Assembly: GCA_038228235.1 (NCBI GenBank)
Contig: JBBRPK010000001.1
Coordinates: forward strand, 613-64,612
Source: Verrucomicrobiota bacterium
GTDB taxonomy: Bacteria > Verrucomicrobiota > Verrucomicrobiia > Limisphaerales > JBBRPK01
Direction: 5' to 3'
DNA length: 64,000 nt
The translations under genes were made by a program, and so were the position numbers. Positions 57,149 through 64,000 of the stretch are shown here, piece by piece; the first letter of the stretch is position 1, and each line of letters starts with the position of its first letter. The notes beneath the pieces are model-generated. The model was given only the letters and a program-made list of their open reading frames with translations. It was not told the DNA's origin and searched no databases.

Positions 57149-57892
57149 TCATGGGGCTGTTTTTCTCCAGCAGCCGCAGTAAACATCCCATACACCGGGT
57201 TCGGAGGAGATATCGGCCAGGCCGCAATAACTATTCAGGTGGTGACTGTAAAATGATTCCCTCACGCACTCCAGCGGAGCGCAGAGGGTTTGAAGCATCG
57301 AATGGGTGTAAATTCGGTGCGAATTGTAAACGAGGCAAGCAGGGCCAGACGTCAAGGTGGTGGTGAAGATGAGACTCCCCCCCGGCTTAAGGCAACGCTT
57401 CATTTCGTCCAAGGCCTTGGCATCCCCAGCCAAATCGAATTCGTCTCCATAACGGCCCAGGCCGAAATGCTCGATTGAAGAGAGCGACACAATGGCATCG
57501 AAATAGTTCTCCGGAAAGCTGAGCGCCTTGGCATCGCCCACGACCACCGTTTCATGGTCGCTGATTCTCGGAGCGGATCGAACGTCGAGAGACGTCACCT
57601 CGCAGGAAGCGGAGAGGCCGAGAACAAAATCCCGGTAGGAACCGATGTCCAGGACGGAGGTCGCGGGGTGGCGAGCGAGGCAGGAGGCCGCAAATCCACA
57701 TTCGTATTCTTTGTAGGTAGCCGGGTGGTCCCCAAGATCGCAGGAGATGTCCTTTAGAAGTTTGAAGGGCAGGGGCTGGGACTCAAGGATCTTCAGGTTA
57801 GCCTCATATTGTGTCAGAAATGCGGGTGGGAAACTCCTACGACGGTGGATTCCCAATCCGAATGGCGCAAGAAGTCGATTTAGTGGGTGCAT
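57149..57892 (-). CDS. class-I SAM-dependent methyltransferase (DUF268-like)
   Basis: SVLDIGS, FDAIVSLSSIEHFGLGRYGD, PGGSLIFTT. ATG 57892 overlaps the Wzx stop by 13 nt. Confidence 0.65.
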   Translation of the reverse strand: MHPLNRLLAPFGLGIHRRRSFPPAFLTQYEANLKILESQPLPFKLLKDISCDLGDHPATYKEYECGFAASCLARHPATSVLDIGSYRDFVLGLSASCEVTSLDVRSAPRISDHETVVVGDAKALSFPENYFDAIVSLSSIEHFGLGRYGDEFDLAGDAKALDEMKRCLKPGGSLIFTTTLTSGPACLVYNSHRIYTHSMLQTLCAPLECVRESFYSHHLNSYCGLADISSEPGVWDVYCGCWRKTAP

Positions 57893-59250
57893 GGGGCAAG
57901 TTGAAGCCGCCGGAGACAAAGGATGCCTCGATAGACGACGTACCAATAGTTTATTAGCAAGCCGGCTATCAGGCCAGCCAGCGCCGCTCCGCTAGTGGCT
58001 AACGGCGGCACCAGCAGCCAGAGGAGCAGTAAGTTAAGCACTCCCGACAGCAAAGTGGACCAGACGAAGGGATTTGAGCCTCCGGCAAGTACGAATTGAG
58101 CCCACACCACAGAGGAACTCATCAGGAAATAATCGATTGATAAAACGGTCAGCGTCAGTGGTGCGATATACCTGCCGGGGCCGACCCAAAGTTCAACCAG
58201 CAGCGGACTGCCAAAGCACAGGACCAAATTCGCCAGCATCGCTAACGTTGTCACAAGCACAATAGTTTTTCGCAAGCGGGCCCCCGCAGCCGGCCAGTCT
58301 TCCCGCGCGATCTCGCGGGTGAAGAGCGGCATCTGGGGGGAAACAAATTGCATCACCCCTTGATTTAACATCTGGCCAATCCTTTGCGCTATAAAAAAGC
58401 CGGGCACAACTTGCGGTCCTAGAAAAAAACCGAGCAGGGGCACCTGGACAGACGACACCAAAAAGCTGCTCAGATTCAAAATCCCCATCGGGATCGCCAC
58501 TCGGAAAAACTTGCGGGAAAATCCTGCTGGCAATTCCTTCCGCATCTCCAACTGTTTGCCCGCCACCGCCGAGACCAAATATCTTGCCGCCAAATATTGC
58601 AGCAGGGAAAGAGCGCACACCACCGATGCCATCGCCACCAAATGCCCTCCGAGGAGCAGCGCAAGAATGACTCCGATTCCCGTTAGCAATTGGGTCGTAC
58701 CCGCCAAAAAACGGGTTAAGTAAAGTTTCGCCAGTCCCTCGACCAGGGCCAGGTGCGGTTTGGCTTGGAGCGATAACAAAGTGGATGCGCCGAGTAGATA
58801 CCAGGCGATCCCCGTTTGGGGGTCCGCGTGCGTCAGGAGTTTGCCCAGCGGCAACACGAGGTGATATAGGAACACGAGCAGGACCAGGGCTACGAGGCCC
58901 ACCCCTCGAAAAAGGGCGCAACTCGCATGATAAATATCGCTCACTCCTGACCACCCTTCCCGCGTTGGAATAAAATCGGATGAGAGTCGCGCCTCTCCCG
59001 GACGAGCGTGCAGGGTATATGACACCTGCCGCGCCACAACATAACTCAGGCCGAAATCCGTCAGGTTTATGAGCCCCAGCATGTTTTGAAAACAGAACCA
59101 TAGCCCGGCGTCTCCCTTACTCAAGACCTTCATGACCAATGGCACGACAACCAAGGCAGCCATGACACCACAGCCTTGCTGGTACCAGCCAGCGATAGTC
59201 CCCGCCCTGGCCGGATGGTCCTCAATCCATTGACGTAACGCTCGAAACAT
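57880..59250 (-). CDS. polysaccharide flippase (Wzx/MOP family)
   Basis: 456 aa, about 12-14 TM helices. Sits in a glycan locus. No specific motif was verified. Confidence 0.6.
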   Translation of the reverse strand: MFRALRQWIEDHPARAGTIAGWYQQGCGVMAALVVVPLVMKVLSKGDAGLWFCFQNMLGLINLTDFGLSYVVARQVSYTLHARPGEARLSSDFIPTREGWSGVSDIYHASCALFRGVGLVALVLLVFLYHLVLPLGKLLTHADPQTGIAWYLLGASTLLSLQAKPHLALVEGLAKLYLTRFLAGTTQLLTGIGVILALLLGGHLVAMASVVCALSLLQYLAARYLVSAVAGKQLEMRKELPAGFSRKFFRVAIPMGILNLSSFLVSSVQVPLLGFFLGPQVVPGFFIAQRIGQMLNQGVMQFVSPQMPLFTREIAREDWPAAGARLRKTIVLVTTLAMLANLVLCFGSPLLVELWVGPGRYIAPLTLTVLSIDYFLMSSSVVWAQFVLAGGSNPFVWSTLLSGVLNLLLLWLLVPPLATSGAALAGLIAGLLINYWYVVYRGILCLRRLQLAPCTH

Positions 59251-59519
59251 CAGTTGGATCGGTGCGTCACTGTGCTCGCAAACTTCCCAGAGTCGAGGTA
59301 AAATCCATCATATCGTGTTGGGACCGCCAATTCAAAGTTAATTGCATACAGGCGGATCAAAGTTGGAGACCACTTTCGTTTCATTTGCATATCGGCCAAA
59401 GATTCATACTGGTTAGTCAGTTGAATCGAAAAAGCGTTAGAATAAACCTTTGGGCCTTGCGCGGGCAGAGCAGCCGTGGGGGGCCAGAAGATCAATTCCA
59501 GCGGGTCTCATAGCCAGGT

Positions 59520-59939
59520 TCAAAATTGCCGCTCGTAATCTGCCGGCGGCTTGGGCTTCGATTGGTTGCGCGCCAGCCAATAACTTCTGGCATTTGCATC
59601 CCATCTTCGCCCCAGGAAGTCTTTTCCAAAAATCCGCGCGATCAGGCCAATCGGGGTGACGACCAAATAAAAGAACACAGTGAGAAGCACAGTTGAAACG
59701 ATAAGGCCCAAGGTGAACGCGAAGGCCATCCAGGCGATATAGACCTGTTTCAGACTTTTCGGAGCACTCAACCCGAGGGCAACAAGGACAAGGCCGGGAT
59801 AGAGGAACCCGGGGTAATGCGCCTTGTGCCGAAACAGGAACCAGAGGCCAAGCGCGCAGAACACACCGCCCACCATGAGACCGAATTTGCGCAGGTCGCT
59901 CGGCGCGGTCTTGAGTTGTTTAATTTCTTCGACAATCAC
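59520..59939 (-). CDS. SxtJ-like small membrane protein
   Basis: FGLMVGGVFCALGLWF...VYIAWMAFAFTLGLIVSTVLLTVFFYLVVTPIGLIARIFGKDFLGRRW resembles SxtJ-family proteins, which pair with carbamoyltransferases. There is no in-frame ATG at the mature N-terminus, so GTG 59939 is proposed. The track ORF start at 60050 runs into an inverted repeat. Confidence 0.55.
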   Translation of the reverse strand: MIVEEIKQLKTAPSDLRKFGLMVGGVFCALGLWFLFRHKAHYPGFLYPGLVLVALGLSAPKSLKQVYIAWMAFAFTLGLIVSTVLLTVFFYLVVTPIGLIARIFGKDFLGRRWDANARSYWLARNQSKPKPPADYERQF

Positions 59940-59993
59940 AATGATGATGGGGGAGGGCCTGCCGGCCCGTCCATGCGCCACTGACAAGGGATA

Positions 59994-60268
59994 AGAGCCT
60001 GTTTTAAAATTGCGTGGGCTCCTGCGGCGAGGGATTTTGGCTGTGGCCAAGGCGGCGAGGCCGGAGCATCCCCGCAGCGGGCTGTGATGGCCGAGTCAAC
60101 GCAGGCCGCAGACAAAAGACCCCCCGCCCGGAGGGTTTTCGCGGAAAAGGCTGGCTGGCTTTGTTGCTCCTCGGTCACAGACCCCTGGCGGGTATGCTCG
60201 CTCGTCGCGCCTCGCCATCCAGCCTTTTCCGCGAAAACAGAACCACACGGAATTTTAAAACAGGCTCT
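59994..60268. repeat. 18-bp perfect inverted repeat AGAGCCTGTTTTAAAATT bracketing 239 bp
   Basis: 59994-60011 is the exact reverse complement of 60251-60268. Confidence 0.9.
60135..60238. repeat. 24-bp inverted repeat (23/24) GTTTTCGCGGAAAAGGCTGG[C/A]TGG, 56-nt spacer
   Basis: Arms at 60135-60158 and 60215-60238, checked base by base. Nested inside the 18-bp IR. Confidence 0.9.
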
Positions 60269-60280
60269 AAGCTTCCGAAC

Positions 60281-60390
60281 GGAGTGCGCCCGTCCTCGGG
60301 CGCAGCAAGCCCCGAACGGCCGAGCACATCGGATTTGCGCCAAGTCCATCAACTTTCCGACATTGCTGCGCCCGAGGACGGGCGCACTCC
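60281..60390. repeat. 28-bp perfect inverted repeat GGAGTGCGCCCGTCCTCGGGCGCAGCAA, 54-nt spacer
   Basis: Arms at 60281-60308 and 60363-60390 are exact reverse complements. Each arm also contains its own 8-bp hairpin, TGCGCCCG-TCCT-CGGGCGCA. Confidence 0.95.
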
Positions 60391-60396
60391 GCGATC

Positions 60397-60434
60397 GTCC
60401 GCTTAAGCGGACCCGGCAGCGCTGATCTGCTGCC
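60397..60434. repeat. 16-bp perfect palindrome GTCCGCTTAAGCGGAC plus adjacent hairpin GGCAGC-N8-GCTGCC
   Basis: Palindrome at 60397-60412 and hairpin at 60415-60434, 29 nt beyond the carbamoyltransferase stop. Confidence 0.9.
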
Positions 60435-60462
60435 ATAATGACAGTGAGTGTTTTTGTAGTGT

Positions 60463-62388
60463 TCAATCCAATTCAAATTCTTTCAGCCAATCGATATCTT
60501 TATCCAAGGGTTTCTGGTCCACCTTTTCGAGGAGGAAGTTGCCGATGATCAGATAGTCCATGTTAGTGCGCATGAAACAAAGATAGGCATCCTGGGGGGT
60601 TCCCACAATCGGCTCCCCTCGCACATTAAACGAGGTGTTGATGATCACGGGACACCCATACTTGTCCGCGAACTTTTTGATCATCTTGTAATAGAGCGGA
60701 TGGTCTTCTTCCGTGACGGTTTGGATGCGCGCTGAGTAATCGACGTGGGTCACAGCCGGGATGGTCGAGCGAATGGTCAACAGTTTGTGCAGTCCAAAAA
60801 ATTTGTCCTCCTCGTCTGTCAGCCTGCGGCGCATGGCGGGCGCGACAGGCGCGACCAGCAGCATGTAAGGGCTTTCTTCCGCTAGTTCAAAGTATTCTGA
60901 AACGCGTTCCCGAAGCACCGAAGGGGCGAACGGGCGGAAGCTTTCTCGAAACTTGATTTTCAGGTTCATCACCTCCTGCATCTTCGGAGAGCGGGCATCA
61001 CCGATGATGGAGCGTCCACCCAACGCGCGGGGCCCGAATTCCATTCGCCCCTGAAACCAACCGATCACTTTTTCAGCGGCGATGAGGTCGGCGATTTTCT
61101 CCGGAATTTCCGCATCGCTCAGTTCGGTAAAGGGGATTTTCCGGGACTCGAGATACTGGCGCGTTTCTGCTTTGGGGAAGCTGGGACCGAGGAAGGAGCC
61201 TTGCTGGGAATCTTTTTTGCCATCCGCTTTCCTGGAGTTGCCCAGATATTGATGCCACGCGAAAAGAGCGGCCCCCAGGGCGCCCCCGGCATCTCCAGCG
61301 GCCGGTTGGATCCAGATTCGATCAAAAATGCCTTCGCGCAAAATGCGTCCGTTGGCCACACAATTCAAGGCCGCCCCTCCAGCCAGGCAGAGGTCCTTCA
61401 TCTGGGTCTGCTGACGCACGTGGCGGGCCATGCGGAACATGATTTCCTCCGTTACATCCTGGATGGAGCGGGCCAGATCCATGTCGCGCTGCGTCAGCCG
61501 GGATTCGGGCCGGCGAGGCGGCCCGCCAAAAAGGCGTTCGAATTCTCCGTTGATCATGCTCAAGCCCACCCCATAGTCGAAATACTCCATGTTCAACTTG
61601 AATGAGCCGTCTCCCCTCAGATCAATCAGCTCTCGCAGAATTAAATCCTTGTAAATCGGCTCTCCATAAGGGGCCAGGCCCATCAGTTTGTATTCCCCCG
61701 AATTTACCCGGAAACCAGCGTAGTGGGTGAACGCGGAATAAAGCAGACCGACGGAATGTGGAAAGTGCAATTCACCATGGATTTCAATGAGATTATCTTT
61801 GCCGATGCCAAAGCTCGTCGTCGTCCACTCTCCAACCCCATCCACGGTCAGAAAAGCAGCTTGTTGGTAAGGTGAGGGAAAAAAGGCTGAGGCGGCATGG
61901 GATTCATGATGCTCTGGAAAAATGATTTTACCCTGGTAATTCAACTCTTTTTTAATCAATTCCTTCATCCAAATTTTTTCTTTGATCCAAACCGGAATGG
62001 CCTTAAGGAAGGAGCGGATGCCAACCGGAGCGTAGGCCAGGTAGGAATGGAGGAGGCGGTCAAACTTCAGAAAGGGCTTTTCGTAGAAAGCAACGAACGC
62101 GACGTCATGGATGGTAATGCCGCCTTCCCGGAGGCAGTACTCGACGGCCAATTTGGGAAACGCAGCATCGTGCTTTTTTCGGGTAAATCGCTCCTCCTGG
62201 GCAGCGGCGATAATCTTTCCATCGCGCACCAGGCAAGCAGCGCTGTCATGGTAAAAGGCGGAGATGCCCAGGATGTTTAACGGGCCAGCGCGGGCAGATT
62301 GTATTGGGTCAGAGCCGGAATCCATTTGCTCAATCGACTGCGAGCTAAACAACTTGATCGGCATAAGCCAAGCACGGTTTACCCGCAA
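60463..62388 (-). CDS. carbamoyltransferase (NodU/CmcH/SxtI family)
   Basis: LNILGISAFYHDSAACLV, followed by both carbamoyltransferase N and C domains. Length is about 620-641 aa; the start may be ATG 62325. Confidence 0.85.
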   Translation of the reverse strand: MRVNRAWLMPIKLFSSQSIEQMDSGSDPIQSARAGPLNILGISAFYHDSAACLVRDGKIIAAAQEERFTRKKHDAAFPKLAVEYCLREGGITIHDVAFVAFYEKPFLKFDRLLHSYLAYAPVGIRSFLKAIPVWIKEKIWMKELIKKELNYQGKIIFPEHHESHAASAFFPSPYQQAAFLTVDGVGEWTTTSFGIGKDNLIEIHGELHFPHSVGLLYSAFTHYAGFRVNSGEYKLMGLAPYGEPIYKDLILRELIDLRGDGSFKLNMEYFDYGVGLSMINGEFERLFGGPPRRPESRLTQRDMDLARSIQDVTEEIMFRMARHVRQQTQMKDLCLAGGAALNCVANGRILREGIFDRIWIQPAAGDAGGALGAALFAWHQYLGNSRKADGKKDSQQGSFLGPSFPKAETRQYLESRKIPFTELSDAEIPEKIADLIAAEKVIGWFQGRMEFGPRALGGRSIIGDARSPKMQEVMNLKIKFRESFRPFAPSVLRERVSEYFELAEESPYMLLVAPVAPAMRRRLTDEEDKFFGLHKLLTIRSTIPAVTHVDYSARIQTVTEEDHPLYYKMIKKFADKYGCPVIINTSFNVRGEPIVGTPQDAYLCFMRTNMDYLIIGNFLLEKVDQKPLDKDIDWLKEFELD

Positions 62389-62448
62389 TTCTCCTGATGG
62401 CGTTCGGGCCGCATGGTGGGATAGACTATACTCGTGGCAACCGATGAA

Positions 62449-62600
62449 CCGGAAGGAGGCGAAATTCTCCCTCTCATCCTTCGGAGGAGAGGGCCGGGGA
62501 GAGGAGGGTCCTTTTGCGTGCCAGTCCCGCGGGTATTAGCAGTGAGAAGCCCCTTTCCCCCGGCCTCTCCCCACTCCTGCGTTGCGGGGAGAGGGAGAAG
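62449..62600. repeat. cluster of G/C-rich quasi-palindromic repeats (GGGGAGAGG-CCGG core)
   Basis: CCGGAAGGA/TCCTTCGG; GAGAGGGCCGGGGAGAGG versus CCCCCGGCCTCTCCCC (one indel); CTCCCC-N14-GGGGAG. Confidence 0.7.
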
Positions 62601-62699
62601 ACCCGCATTTTGTTCTGCCTCACTTTTGTAGCCATCCCAGGCTCTCCTTAGCAAGGGACGGGATTCGGCGAAATCGAACCGACGGCAAAAGGAGAAATC

Positions 62700-64000
62700 T
62701 CACTTCCATTGCTGCTGCGAAGCGAACCCGTCTGAACCCGTTTGCCAAAAGCTTACTTTCAGGTTGCTCCCCTGCAAGTCTCGATTGTTGAACCAGGCCC
62801 GGCGGTAACCGATCGGCAGGACATCCAGGCAGGCCGAATAAACGGGGCCTGAGTTGGGAGGCGTGACCGGTCCCACGGTGTCGCAGGTTTCGATTTCTCC
62901 GGGTGGAGGAATCAGGCCGGAAGGACAACCACGAAGCCGCAGCCCGCTCGCGGTCCCTAACACAATGACGTTGTTGCCAAAGACCGCGTTGTGAATGTCC
63001 GAGCAGTAGAGGCCGCCATCGTCGCTCCCTGGGCGCAACGACCAATCCCCGTATCGAACGAGGTTGTTTAGCGCCGTGACATTCGTGAGCCAGCCGCTCG
63101 GGCCGCCCCCGCATGTATCGCAGCCTGCGACACACCATCCCCCAGCGCCGTCGAGGACGGTTTCATTTCCAGTACAGGTGAGAGTGTCGAACCGGGCGCC
63201 AGGAGCGAAGCCCAGATAAACGCCATTATTCACATTGAGGAATAGGTTGCTCCGGATGAGCACCGCACCTACACTCTCCACGACGCCCGGAGCTGGCTCA
63301 AAATACACTGCTTCGCCGCAGCCTGCCACCAAGCATTGTTCCACCTGCGTGGCGCTAAACCCATGTGAATATCTGAAATGTGACTTCACATCTGCCACGG
63401 TGCAGCCGCGAACGACTGCGTTCGTCAGGGTATGGGGGGTGACGCCAACGACCACGACCGCCGTCAGGCCATCCGTGTTGTTAGTCGCAGGGTCGGTAAA
63501 AACGCAATCTTGAACCAGCACATTGCCGAAATGCGCGGTAGGGGCCCATCCGGGAGGCGTTCTGACGGCGAGGGGAAAACATTCGCGCGTGGCTTTGGTC
63601 CCAAATCCCACAACTCTCAGATCGGTGAACTTCAAGTTGTTCCCCACGACGTCGATGGCTCCGACCATTCCCTGGGTATCGGAGGCCCACTGTGTGGCGG
63701 GGTCTCCATCGAAAGCGCTTAAAATAGGAAAATTGCCCCAGCCCAAAGTGTTCATCGCGGTGGGGATTTTCAGCGGCACGGGTTCGTTGCCATTGTACAG
63801 CATGATCTCCTTGAGGCTGAAAAAATCCACGCCCAGTTCTCTGGCGGTAAGCAGGATTACGAGCTGATCTGTGATTGCGGCGCGTCCAAAGCGGTTTCTT
63901 TGCAGTCCTGTCGCCGACCGTGACTGGGGCAGGAAGGATACGTCCTCGAACTCCTGCGTCGTGGGATTACGAGCCTGGATACGATATTGGGCAGCAGGTC
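62700..64000 (-). CDS. parallel beta-helix-like protein with N-terminal discoidin (F5/8 type C)-like segment; 5' end lies outside the window
   Basis: I checked that the frame stays open from GTG 63830 to base 64000. SAFDGDPATQWASD is a discoidin-like signature. The rest has beta-helix-like repeats rich in G/N/V/T/C (NAVVRGCTVADV, VLIRSNLFLNVNNGVYLG). Confidence 0.55.
   Translation of the reverse strand, partial: PAAQYRIQARNPTTQEFEDVSFLPQSRSATGLQRNRFGRAAITDQLVILLTARELGVDFFSLKEIMLYNGNEPVPLKIPTAMNTLGWGNFPILSAFDGDPATQWASDTQGMVGAIDVVGNNLKFTDLRVVGFGTKATRECFPLAVRTPPGWAPTAHFGNVLVQDCVFTDPATNNTDGLTAVVVVGVTPHTLTNAVVRGCTVADVKSHFRYSHGFSATQVEQCLVAGCGEAVYFEPAPGVVESVGAVLIRSNLFLNVNNGVYLGFAPGARFDTLTCTGNETVLDGAGGWCVAGCDTCGGGPSGWLTNVTALNNLVRYGDWSLRPGSDDGGLYCSDIHNAVFGNNVIVLGTASGLRLRGCPSGLIPPPGEIETCDTVGPVTPPNSGPVYSACLDVLPIGYRRAWFNNRDLQGSNLKVSFWQTGSDGFASQQQWK

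Noticed and set aside
59250-59495. 81-aa ORF considered as the missing SxtK/DUF5989-type partner
   Set aside because: The product is not hydrophobic and lacks the single-TM pattern with the ...PFIYTLF-like end that I recall for DUF5989. The other minus frames of 59250-59520 give only a 24-aa peptide.
59936-60466. 176-aa minus-strand ORF and 113-130-aa plus-strand ORFs spanning the carbamoyltransferase/SxtJ spacer
   Set aside because: They read through perfect inverted repeats, so both strands give mirrored peptides (e.g. VFAEKAGW / PAFSAKT and ECARPRAQQ / LLRPRTGALR). This is the signature of repeat DNA rather than coding sequence.
62650-62700. tRNA-like T-loop string (AAATCGAACC)
   Set aside because: The flanking bases do not form a T stem or acceptor stem, and no cloverleaf can be drawn. 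No GGTTCGAATCC-type motif occurs anywhere in the window on either strand.
1-64000. Mobile elements, prophage, defence islands, rRNA/tmRNA/RNase P
   Set aside because: No transposase, integrase, recombinase, phage structural, restriction, Cas, reverse-transcriptase or toxin-antitoxin signatures appear in any of the six frames. No conserved RNA-gene motifs were recognised by eye.

Overview
GC-rich chromosomal window, densely coding on both strands. Gene content points to the PVC superphylum, probably Verrucomicrobiota: PSCyt/DUF1553+DUF1501 pairs, secreted ThuA and DUF1080 proteins, a WD40 Ser/Thr kinase, and secreted proteins ending in FYR[LV]. No rRNA, tRNA, tmRNA, RNase P, CRISPR array, transposase or integrase was recognised. 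Layout: 0-4.3 kb secreted DUF1080/ThuA/ThuA/dehydrogenase-like operon; 4.4-8 kb housekeeping genes (LOG, pyrE); 8-10.9 kb feoA-feoA-feoB; 11-14.6 kb WD40 kinase; 14.7-17.9 kb ADH, RluA, DUF6580 and a phosphoesterase flanking an 8-bp microsatellite; 17.9-21.6 kb plsY, an N-acyltransferase::aminotransferase fusion and a Spinster-like MFS; 22-28.5 kb mixed genes with a decayed ECF sigma gene; 28.6-31.7 kb DUF748 giant; 32.9-35.2 kb LytS-DUF4279-LytTR operon, then 1 kb of repeat-rich non-coding DNA; 36.2-46.5 kb phosphoesterase/PSD1/DUF1501 operon; 47-64 kb surface-polysaccharide locus (MBOAT, 4 GTs, 3 methyltransferases, Wzy, Wzx, carbamoyltransferase+SxtJ). Most long intergenic regions carry GC-rich hairpin or inverted-repeat elements. 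The best candidates for undescribed biology are the plsY-linked fusion locus, the LytS-DUF4279-LytTR operon with its downstream repeat array and orphan terminator, the hyper-structured spacer inside the carbamoyltransferase-SxtJ pair, and the promoter microsatellite. All functions are inferred by eye from motifs; no database search was run.
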